Source of the DNA: a virus | Taxonomy: Duplodnaviria > Caudoviricetes | Reading direction: 5' to 3' (one strand) | DNA: 46,698 bases | Virus record (IMG/VR): IMGVR_UViG_3300028399_000010 | Location: 1-46,698 of that record | Part shown: piece by piece, positions 28,870 through 36,958 of the stretch | Layout: the number at the start of each line of letters is the position of its first letter | Numbering within the stretch: position 1 is the first letter of the stretch | Program-made: the position numbers and the translations under genes | The notes under the pieces: model-generated | Database searches by the model: none | Seen by the model: only the letters and a program-made list of their open reading frames with translations | Told to the model about the DNA's origin: nothing

Positions 28870-29129
28870 TTCGTGCTATCCGGCTTCACTCTGATTAATT
28901 GAGCGTATCCATTGTTTTTTAGGACTACATTAATCCTTTCAACGTATTGATTGCCTTCCGGGAATAACTTGTTTACCTGGCTTAGACTTACTGCAAGATT
29001 GTTCGCCACCTGTCTTGTCTGTGCAATCTGCTGTTGGGCTTGGTGTAATCTGTAATCGTTCAGCATATACACGCCCATTGTGAAGATTACAGCAGACAGA
29101 AAAAGGATAATTTGTTTTGCTAATTTCAT
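28866..29129 (-). CDS. membrane-anchored coiled-coil protein
   Basis: N-terminal TM and Gln-rich helix. Confidence 0.6.
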   Translation of the reverse strand: MKLAKQIILFLSAVIFTMGVYMLNDYRLHQAQQQIAQTRQVANNLAVSLSQVNKLFPEGNQYVERINVVLKNNGYAQLIRVKPDSTK

Positions 29130-30235
29130 CAGTAGTATGCTATATACCTTGTTACACCGCCAATTTTCACAGGGATTCTACCAGTTGCAGCTCCGCCACC
29201 GCCCGTTGGGTCAGTTGCATCGGCTGGTAGCTCAAATACATAACTCCCATCACCGTCAAACCGTGAAATCCCAGAATCAACAAATATTGAATATGGGCCA
29301 TTTGTTGGAGTTGTCCCTGGATTTGGTGCTCCCATAACGTATATACCAGCAAGGTTTGTTACAGCCTCAGTTCCACCGCCATCAGTCACAGTAAACGCAT
29401 TAATGAAAAGCCCTGCCAGTGTAGGATGTGTACCGCTTGACGCCTCAGTGATTGAAGGATTAATTTGTATCCCATTGGCGTCGCCATTGACTCCTGGAGT
29501 CAGTGCTGGATATACATTGAATCCACGATGGCTCCCAGTTCCACTTGGTGTGCCAGAAACAGTCATCATATTAGCAACATTTGGGTTTACGCCAATACCT
29601 ATTATATCATCCAACCGCACCCCAGCCGTACCACCGTCAAGAGTGAGGAGATTGTTGCCGCCTGTTGTAATACTCTGCGGCCCGTTGGATTGGAGGACAC
29701 CTGCGGAAGTGATGCGCCAACGTTCTGTGGCATTTGTACCAAAACGCATTGAATTATCAGAATTAGCATATATTATTGTCCCTTGTGCATTAGCATCAGT
29801 ATCACCAAAATACATAGCGGCTGAAGAAGCATTACCTGCGTCAATTTGAATTGAAGCGGCTGACGCACTTGCTCCACGAACCAATAATACAGCTGATCCA
29901 GATGACGCAGGATAAACAGTTGCATCAGCGGCAATAATCACTTGCGGCGCAGACGTATCCACAATCAATACATCTGTGCCATCGGATTGTTCAAAGATAA
30001 AAGCAGATGAAGAATTAGATGTCGTTGTAAATACAAATGTATTATCAGTTTTGAAAATAGTAGTAGAACCATCATCCCAAACTAACAACGTGTCAGCGCC
30101 GCCTGGAGCATCCGTAATAATCAAACTGTCATTAACAGTCATATCACCAAGGAATCTTGCTTTAGTTAAATTAAACTTCTTTTCACCATAAGTAAGTGAA
30201 AAGATTGCAAGAATAAGTACTATTAACTTTCTCAT
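29129..30235 (-). CDS. tail-fibre-like beta-rich protein with signal-peptide-like N-terminus
   Basis: FGTNATERWRITSAG fibre motif; C-terminal GRIPVKIGGVTRYIAYY; Gly/Thr/Ser-rich. Confidence 0.7.
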   Translation of the reverse strand: MRKLIVLILAIFSLTYGEKKFNLTKARFLGDMTVNDSLIITDAPGGADTLLVWDDGSTTIFKTDNTFVFTTTSNSSSAFIFEQSDGTDVLIVDTSAPQVIIAADATVYPASSGSAVLLVRGASASAASIQIDAGNASSAAMYFGDTDANAQGTIIYANSDNSMRFGTNATERWRITSAGVLQSNGPQSITTGGNNLLTLDGGTAGVRLDDIIGIGVNPNVANMMTVSGTPSGTGSHRGFNVYPALTPGVNGDANGIQINPSITEASSGTHPTLAGLFINAFTVTDGGGTEAVTNLAGIYVMGAPNPGTTPTNGPYSIFVDSGISRFDGDGSYVFELPADATDPTGGGGAATGRIPVKIGGVTRYIAYY

Positions 30236-30251
30236 AACTATATCCCTTTAA

Positions 30252-30479
30252 TTAATTGTAAATTATTGTTCCACTATCAGCAACGGCAAGAGTAATCGTA
30301 AACGCAGTTTTCGCTGAATTATGATTAACCTCAACATCCATGACATCCCTATTTGAATCAAGAACTTGTACTTGAGGATAATAACCCTTACCATGAGTTA
30401 CAGTAACAGATGTTTTATTTGTGAACGTTACCTCAACTGGAATACCAGAAAAGATTGCTTTCATTACAGAATACCACAT
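30252..30479 (-). CDS. small beta-sandwich virion protein (VTHxxGYYP.VQV.D)
   Basis: Paralogous to an internal domain of the 974-aa protein. Confidence 0.7.
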   Translation of the reverse strand: MWYSVMKAIFSGIPVEVTFTNKTSVTVTHGKGYYPQVQVLDSNRDVMDVEVNHNSAKTAFTITLAVADSGTIIYN

Positions 30480-30480
30480 A

Positions 30481-30846
30481 TCAACCTCTCGATACTCTTA
30501 CATCAGCAGTTCCAGAAGAAACTCTACGGCACTGCCAATATATCGTATCAGCTCTACCATGCAAGGCTCTACCCCAGGGAACATCCATCTGAATTGGCAC
30601 ACCTGCTGGCAGTTTTTGACTGTTATCCGTATCTATAGCATCAGTATCAGCATCAGTTAATGCCCATGTCCAATACAACTCATTATCACTAAATATCCAC
30701 AGTTTGGTATATGGCCAAGGAAGCGCAACGCTTTTTGTTACAGCATCAGTCGGTGCTAATGCTGTTAGTTCCTCATAATCAAATGCAACCTGAACATTTG
30801 AGTTCTCCCTAACTCCCTGAAAGTTTACTTTTGTTCCTCTTGACAT
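30481..30846 (-). CDS. minor virion protein, beta-rich
   Basis: AAGGAG SD; late-region position. Confidence 0.65.
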   Translation of the reverse strand: MSRGTKVNFQGVRENSNVQVAFDYEELTALAPTDAVTKSVALPWPYTKLWIFSDNELYWTWALTDADTDAIDTDNSQKLPAGVPIQMDVPWGRALHGRADTIYWQCRRVSSGTADVRVSRG

Positions 30847-30864
30847 TTTAATCTCCTTTTATTT

Positions 30865-30904
30865 AATATGACTTACCGAGCGAGAACATTCTCATGGTCA
30901 TATT
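30865..30904 (-). promoter_or_regulatory. intergenic stem-loop
   Basis: AATATGAC/GTCATATT stem with inner GAGA/TCTC hairpin. Confidence 0.45.
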
Positions 30905-30911
30905 CATTTAA

Positions 30912-33836
30912 CTAACTTTGAGCTTGCTGTGGAGCAACTCCAGAAAAAGCCATCAATTCTTGTTCAAACTCAGATTTCAACAACTGATAATCAGCAACTA
31001 TTGATTGTGCTCTTGATTCATAAGTCTGAGCAACTGATATAGCTGTTTGTGATTCCTGTAAGTATGAAACAGCTTTAGACAAATCTGCCTGAAATTTAGT
31101 TCCCTCATAATTAACTTCAGCAGTGTACTCATTTATCAAAACTTGTGACTTCGATGAATATTCTGATATTAAAGTCTGATTTTTTGTTGAATATTCAGAT
31201 ATAAAAGCATTAACTTTATTTTGATATTCAGCAATTTCAGAATCACGCAAAGCAGAAAGCTCACCAAGATAAGCCCTCACTTTCTCAGCATAAGACGCAA
31301 CCTGAGCGTTATATTCTTGTATCCTTGCTTGTGAGATAGCACTATACTCAGAAATAGCAGCATTTATTTTTTCTTTATATTCATTTATGAACGCATTTAC
31401 TTGTTGCTGATAAACCTGCGTCTCTCTCTCAAGTTTAAACTGAGCTTCACTAATTCTATAATTTACATTAGCTGTAAATTCTTGAACCTTATTCTGTATA
31501 TCGGCTTGATAGTTTGCAATCATAGCAGTAGCTTTTGCCTGATATTCAGATATATTAACCTGATTCTGCTGAACAAATTTATCAATAACTTTTCTCATAT
31601 TAGCCTGATAAATTGAAACATCACTTTGACTTTCAGCAGTATAAGTATCGACAACCTTTCTAATTTGCTGTGCATAACTTTGAATATCTGCCTGGTATTG
31701 ACCTAACGCCTCTTGAATATCAGCACTGTATTTATCCAAATCTCTTTGTTTTTGGATATTCCACTCATTAACATCGGCTTCCATCTCAGCCCTAAACTCT
31801 TGAATTTGACGCTGAACATTAGCATTATATTCACCAATTTTTGCTGTTGACTCAGCCTGATATTCATTTATTACAGCATTAACAACACCATTATACTCAG
31901 CTATTTCAGATTGAACTTGACTCTGCCATTTTTGAAGTTTAAACTGAACTTCCTCATTAATCCACTCATTTACAGTCGCATTCACTTGTTGCTGATATTT
32001 TGCAATATCATTTCTATACTGCGCTATCTGTGCTTCAAGGTCATTTCTATTATCATTAGCTTTTGCAGAATACGCTTCAACATCTGCTCTTGCAGCGGCA
32101 ACCTCTTTTTGGAGTTCTGCCTGATAACGGCTTATTTCAGCATTAAATTCACCAAGTGCTTCTTGAGTTTCAGCTTCAAATTCTCTCAACTGTGCAAGTT
32201 CATTTTGAACTGCTGAATTTGCCCTGTTAATTTCCTGCCTTGCGGCATTAATTGTTGACTCAGATAATTCAACATCATCATCACTTAAACGACCCTGAAC
32301 GGATTTTGAACTTCCTAAAGCATCTCCACCGCCAACATTAGCACCATCATCAATTAATTTTTCTGCTTTAGTAAGAGCATCAGAAATTGTTGTAGTATCA
32401 AATGAAAAAGACGATGGGCCGACATAAGTTGGAAGTGTCCCAGGTGTTATAACATCATTTGGTTCAGCCCCAGCACTTGTATATGAAATTGAGTTAGATG
32501 GAACTGAAATTCCGCTCAAATCCAAATCAGTAAAACTTGGCGCAGTAGTAACTGTTAAGGTTGGCAATGTTATATCACTTGGGAGAGTCAAAGTTCCTGG
32601 ATTTGTAATTGTTTTATTTGTTATTGACAAACTACCAATAGTCGGTGGTGTTGGAGCAGAATATGAAGGTACTGAAATACCAGTAAAATCAGCATTAGCA
32701 TAGCTCAAATCTGATGGTAAAGAATCAAGAGGAACAGTAACTAACGTTGGTAAATTTATCGCATCTGGCATAGTTAAAGTACCAGGACTTGTTATTGTTA
32801 TAGAACTCATCCCTTCACTTGGTAAAGATGTCATCTCAACTATACTTGAAAGTGTTTGTGAACCAATTAAAATAGTGCCAGTTTCAGCAGACGCAAATAC
32901 CACAGTAAAAGCATCTACGCTTGAATGATTAACTTCACCATCAATCATATCACCATTACTATCTATAACCTGAACTATTGGATAATAACCAAGACTATGA
33001 GTTACTGTAACTGATGTCTGATTAGTAAAAGATTCTGTCTTTTGAGTTGTTGCAAGAGAAAGTGATGGAAGTACAATAACTTCATTAAACGATGGAAATG
33101 AATCTGTAGCAGATGATAAAGTAAGAGTTGGTAATGAAGTCATACTGACGAGAGTAAGAGTCGGTAAAGAAGGAGTGGCTATAGTACTAAACGTAGGCAA
33201 CGCTGATTCAAAGTCAGCAAGAAATCCGGTGCCTGCAGTTGTTATTTTCTCAATTTCAGTTTGAGATTGCCTGCGAATATAAGCAAGTTCTCTCAACTTA
33301 ATTTGCATTGCTACCCAGTTAATTACTGAACCATCAAGTTCTTCAGGAAATGTCATTCCAGAAATAGAACTTACAGATGAAACAGCACTAACATCAACAC
33401 TTGGAAATTTAGGATGAGAAACCTTTCCCTGTTCAGATGATGTTGGCGTTGGTAAAACATAAATAGTTCCATTTTGTTTATAAACTTTAGGTTCAAACGT
33501 AGTTGCATAAAGAATATCATTTGGGTCTTGCGCCCTACCAGCTAACTGAAATGGAATCTGTACACACTCTCTATCTCTATTCCCATCATTTCTAACAACT
33601 CCAAGTATTTTAACAGTATCAAAATTACCACTTCCAACCGCAAGCCCATTACCATCACTAATTGTTGATTCAACCGCAAAAGCCCATAACATTTCAGGAT
33701 TATATAGCCACACCTTATTGATTATAGCTCTAACAGCATGAGTTGCAAAATCATCAAGCATTTCCTGGTCAATACCAATGTCACCAGAAACAGTATCTGC
33801 AACTTTATCAAGAATCTGTACATCAAGAGTTTGCAA
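30912..33836 (-). CDS. expanded head-tail adaptor/neck-like protein with S/T/P linker and 11-mer coiled-coil repeats
   Basis: N-terminal PKVYKQNGTIYVLPTP...FPEELDGSVINW adaptor-like pattern; IxEY repeats every 11 aa; TTG start. Confidence 0.65.
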   Translation of the reverse strand: MQTLDVQILDKVADTVSGDIGIDQEMLDDFATHAVRAIINKVWLYNPEMLWAFAVESTISDGNGLAVGSGNFDTVKILGVVRNDGNRDRECVQIPFQLAGRAQDPNDILYATTFEPKVYKQNGTIYVLPTPTSSEQGKVSHPKFPSVDVSAVSSVSSISGMTFPEELDGSVINWVAMQIKLRELAYIRRQSQTEIEKITTAGTGFLADFESALPTFSTIATPSLPTLTLVSMTSLPTLTLSSATDSFPSFNEVIVLPSLSLATTQKTESFTNQTSVTVTHSLGYYPIVQVIDSNGDMIDGEVNHSSVDAFTVVFASAETGTILIGSQTLSSIVEMTSLPSEGMSSITITSPGTLTMPDAINLPTLVTVPLDSLPSDLSYANADFTGISVPSYSAPTPPTIGSLSITNKTITNPGTLTLPSDITLPTLTVTTAPSFTDLDLSGISVPSNSISYTSAGAEPNDVITPGTLPTYVGPSSFSFDTTTISDALTKAEKLIDDGANVGGGDALGSSKSVQGRLSDDDVELSESTINAARQEINRANSAVQNELAQLREFEAETQEALGEFNAEISRYQAELQKEVAAARADVEAYSAKANDNRNDLEAQIAQYRNDIAKYQQQVNATVNEWINEEVQFKLQKWQSQVQSEIAEYNGVVNAVINEYQAESTAKIGEYNANVQRQIQEFRAEMEADVNEWNIQKQRDLDKYSADIQEALGQYQADIQSYAQQIRKVVDTYTAESQSDVSIYQANMRKVIDKFVQQNQVNISEYQAKATAMIANYQADIQNKVQEFTANVNYRISEAQFKLERETQVYQQQVNAFINEYKEKINAAISEYSAISQARIQEYNAQVASYAEKVRAYLGELSALRDSEIAEYQNKVNAFISEYSTKNQTLISEYSSKSQVLINEYTAEVNYEGTKFQADLSKAVSYLQESQTAISVAQTYESRAQSIVADYQLLKSEFEQELMAFSGVAPQQAQS

Positions 33837-33848
33837 TGTTATTTAATC

Positions 33849-34481
33849 CTATGTAACCGCTAAAAGTTCAACTGCATTTCCATCTGAAGCCGCAGTTCCG
33901 TCAGACTGATAAGTCCTAACATATATTTGACATGCCTCAGAATCAGCTCCAGAATCTTGATTTAGTGCTGTTAAATCATTTGCATTAGAACCAAATTGCG
34001 TTATCGATAAATTTGAACAAGCATTTGGTAATAGTATTGCCTGCCCTGGTTTTAACCATGCTAATTCAACAAAATGAACCTGTGACGTCCCATCACTTTT
34101 CTCCCATCCACCACTTGTAGAAGCAACCTGCGCAGCTATTTGAAGAACAACTAATACACAATCGGTTGTAGAAGCTCCCAATGCTGTGACAGAACTAAAC
34201 TTATAACCAGTATTCTTAATAAAAAAGAAATCCGATTCATTCCCAGCAGATAAAGCAACACCACCAGCAGTATGAACAGCATCCAAATAATTAACAGTAG
34301 CATTCAAATAACCCTGCTGTGCCGCAGTTCTTGCTGAATAATTAGCCAAATTTATGCTATCACCATTGCCACCAAGGCTTGTACCAACCTCACTTGCAAC
34401 AATATCCTTTGTACCAGAATTCTCATCTGTCAATGTCTCTATTGGCGTGCAACTTACAGCAAATTTAATTCTATCAGCCAT
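33849..34481 (-). CDS. virion structural protein
   Basis: FFFIKNTG...LKPGQAILLP beta pattern; late-region position. Confidence 0.65.
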   Translation of the reverse strand: MADRIKFAVSCTPIETLTDENSGTKDIVASEVGTSLGGNGDSINLANYSARTAAQQGYLNATVNYLDAVHTAGGVALSAGNESDFFFIKNTGYKFSSVTALGASTTDCVLVVLQIAAQVASTSGGWEKSDGTSQVHFVELAWLKPGQAILLPNACSNLSITQFGSNANDLTALNQDSGADSEACQIYVRTYQSDGTAASDGNAVELLAVT

Positions 34482-34490
34482 AATAAATTC

Positions 34491-34919
34491 CTATCTTAAT
34501 GATGTTCTCCTATCTGGAATTGTAACACGAGCGCCATCATGTTTTGGTTTTCCACCATTTGTAGATGAAATCCTACGACGCCATGCCATATAATGTTGAT
34601 TAGCAGAAATTATATCAGCTTCATTCTTATTCTGTTTACTGAGATATAACTTGCTAAGAACATAATCAATTAAAGCACCATGTATTCTTGAACTTATGTC
34701 AGGAACAACATTCTCAACATTCTTCTGTCTAATATCAATTTTTGGAACAGAACCTTCAAAATATATTAATAAACCATCATCCAAATCTTCGTCTATTGGA
34801 CTATAAACATCTCTAATAATATCAGACGTATTAATATATGAAGTTGTGAATAATAATAGCTTATCATCCTCAATTTGCCAATTTAAATACTTTGCAGGTT
34901 CTGAATATGAAGAAGCCAT
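34491..34919 (-). CDS. head-tail adaptor-like protein, C-terminal half
   Basis: WQIEDDKLLL...LLIYF...PDISSRIHGALIDYVLSKLY. Confidence 0.6.
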   Translation of the reverse strand: MASSYSEPAKYLNWQIEDDKLLLFTTSYINTSDIIRDVYSPIDEDLDDGLLIYFEGSVPKIDIRQKNVENVVPDISSRIHGALIDYVLSKLYLSKQNKNEADIISANQHYMAWRRRISSTNGGKPKHDGARVTIPDRRTSLR

Positions 34920-35194
34920 TACTGATAATGTCCTGTATCTACTCTTCCAATTAATCTTGGAATTGGTTTATAGTTACCATCTTTATTTTGATAAAATACT
35001 CTCTTAACAACTATAACTTCATCACCAAGAGGATATCTTAGCTGCCCATTAACAACATTAATTTTTTTCATGTGGAAACCCTTTAAAATATCATCACCAT
35101 CATCAAAGGCGTCATTAATTAACGCAACAACCTCAGCAAATTCAACATCCGGAAAAATCTTTTTAACTCTTGAATATATATGTTGAACTGTCAT
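34919..35194 (-). CDS. head-tail adaptor-like protein, N-terminal half
   Basis: MTVQHIYSRV...LINDA...VVNGQLRYPL...VKRV. Confidence 0.6.
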   Translation of the reverse strand: MTVQHIYSRVKKIFPDVEFAEVVALINDAFDDGDDILKGFHMKKINVVNGQLRYPLGDEVIVVKRVFYQNKDGNYKPIPRLIGRVDTGHYQ

Positions 35195-35568
35195 GATTCA
35201 AAACACCAATATCTTATTTGCACTGAAGAAGTGTCGGCCTTTGCATAAATAGATGAAGAAGCCCTAAAAACAGCAAATTCGCCCGCAAGTATTTTTATTG
35301 GCAAGCTATCCCCATCAGCACTAACCTTAACTTTCCCGACCTCAACAAAATTAGTACTATCAAGATTTTCTATAACCCACCACCCCTGCGTTCCTATATC
35401 AGAACTAACACTAACAGCTTCTTCTGCCGAAGTTCCAATACTCTGGGTTCCAGTTGTAAAATCAGTACCAGTCTGGCTAATATAAATATCTTTCCAGGGT
35501 ACATTTATACTATCACCAGAAGCAGGATTATAATCTAACTTGAACCTTATTCTTATTTCATTTGCCAC
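35191..35568 (-). CDS. minor virion protein, beta-rich
   Basis: GTG start after GAGGGT; WWVIENLDSTNFVEVG...KILAGEFAVFR. Confidence 0.7.
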   Translation of the reverse strand: MANEIRIRFKLDYNPASGDSINVPWKDIYISQTGTDFTTGTQSIGTSAEEAVSVSSDIGTQGWWVIENLDSTNFVEVGKVKVSADGDSLPIKILAGEFAVFRASSSIYAKADTSSVQIRYWCFES

Positions 35569-35584
35569 TATTACCCTCTAAGAT

Positions 35585-35636
35585 TTGGGCAATGGGATGG
35601 GCTAAACACAAGGAGAAAAACCCATCCCACGCCCAA
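35585..35636 (-). promoter_or_regulatory. GC-rich hairpin downstream of the capsid genes
   Basis: TTGGGC/GCCCAA plus TGGGATGGG/CCCATCCCA, 19-nt loop; no U-tract. Confidence 0.65.
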
Positions 35637-35650
35637 TGATTATCAGTTTG

Positions 35651-36067
35651 CTATGAAGTGGTAATCCAGTTATCTGGTGTTCCAGCGCCCCTGAAATACC
35701 ATGATGTACCATCACAGTCAAACTCAAGCCATGCACCCTTCTCTGCACCTGTTCCAATTATTACATTGGTAACAGCAGTTCCACCAGTTTCCTCAACCTT
35801 AGCAGTTGTAGCATCACCAGAACCAACACAACCATTAACTATGGCACTTGACCCAGTAATAGTGATTGCCGCAGTTGGGGTATTTTCCTGGACAACAAAT
35901 TTGAAATGGAGGGCAGGACTTACTGATGGTAACGTAATAGTATAAGCACCATCAGAAGAATCGAGGTAAAATACCTTTCCATTATCTGAACTTGTTAGTG
36001 TTTTTGCCGCTGTTATAGTTTCGCAAAGATTGTAATTGAATGAAGGCTTACTTCCTAATTTTGCCAT
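35651..36067 (-). CDS. capsid decoration / head-fibre-like protein (paralogue B)
   Basis: AAKTLTSSDNGK...TITLP...CDGTSWY; follows capsid genes. Confidence 0.7.
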   Translation of the reverse strand: MAKLGSKPSFNYNLCETITAAKTLTSSDNGKVFYLDSSDGAYTITLPSVSPALHFKFVVQENTPTAAITITGSSAIVNGCVGSGDATTAKVEETGGTAVTNVIIGTGAEKGAWLEFDCDGTSWYFRGAGTPDNWITTS

Positions 36068-36083
36068 AGTTCACCACCTTCTG

Positions 36084-36941
36084 TTAAGAGGTTGTTATCC
36101 AATCATCAGGAGTTCCAGAACCAGTAACATACCAGGTAGTACCATCACAAATGTAATCTAAATAAGAACCTTGCCTTGCTCCAGTTCCTATAATAACATT
36201 TGTAACAGCAGTTCCAGCGGTCGTTTCCATTTTTGCTGTAGTAGCATCTCCAGACAATACATTAAGGTCAACAATAGCACCAGTTGCCGCAATTGTAATG
36301 GCACCCGTAGGAGTATCTTCAAGGACGTAAAACCTGAAGTTTAAACCCTCTTGAACTGCTGGTAATGACACAGTAAACGCTCCACCAGAAGAACTCAAAA
36401 AGAAACTTGTACCACTGTCAAGTTTTGTTAGCGTTCTTGCAGCGCTTAATGCCATTGTAGGAGCAAACTGTGTATCATGAGTACATAGTAATGCAACCTC
36501 AACTGTTACAGGCCCAGTATTTGAATTACTTGCTATAGTTAGTATTACGTCATCGCCATCCTGTAAGTAAGCAGGATCAAGAGGGAGTTCCTTAGTGGCA
36601 TCTGAACTTGAACCCGAATTAAAATCATTAATGAAACAATCAGTATCACCAGTCTTACCCAGGTCAAAATCATAGTCAGCATCTACTCCAGTAACACGCA
36701 TATAACCACCAATAACCTTGCACTGGTCTACAGTTGTAGTCCATGTCTTATCGGTAGTACTTGCGGCGGGAACAACGTATGAGAACCTCTGAATCTGTAT
36801 CTCCTCAGCAGAACTACCAAGATTTAACATCTTAGCAAGATTATAAAGCTCATTAACCTCACCAGCGGTCATTTCAGCTTGAGGATGTCCAGCAAGGTGA
36901 TAACCAGCACTTCTATCTCTTGAAAGTATTGCTTTACCCAT
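36084..36941 (-). CDS. capsid decoration / auxiliary capsid protein (paralogue A, two domains)
   Basis: Directly after MCP; C-terminal about 120 aa aligns with the next gene. Confidence 0.7.
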   Translation of the reverse strand: MGKAILSRDRSAGYHLAGHPQAEMTAGEVNELYNLAKMLNLGSSAEEIQIQRFSYVVPAASTTDKTWTTTVDQCKVIGGYMRVTGVDADYDFDLGKTGDTDCFINDFNSGSSSDATKELPLDPAYLQDGDDVILTIASNSNTGPVTVEVALLCTHDTQFAPTMALSAARTLTKLDSGTSFFLSSSGGAFTVSLPAVQEGLNFRFYVLEDTPTGAITIAATGAIVDLNVLSGDATTAKMETTAGTAVTNVIIGTGARQGSYLDYICDGTTWYVTGSGTPDDWITTS

Positions 36942-36958
36942 AATTAGTTATCCCCTTT

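Noticed and set aside
31050-32150. CRISPR array or tape-measure gene
   Set aside because: Periodicity is at protein level (33 nt, degenerate) without spacers; no tail tube or tail chaperone genes and the tail is podoviral
35651-36941. Diversity-generating retroelement TR/VR pair
   Set aside because: Differences are not adenine-specific and no reverse transcriptase is present; ordinary paralogy
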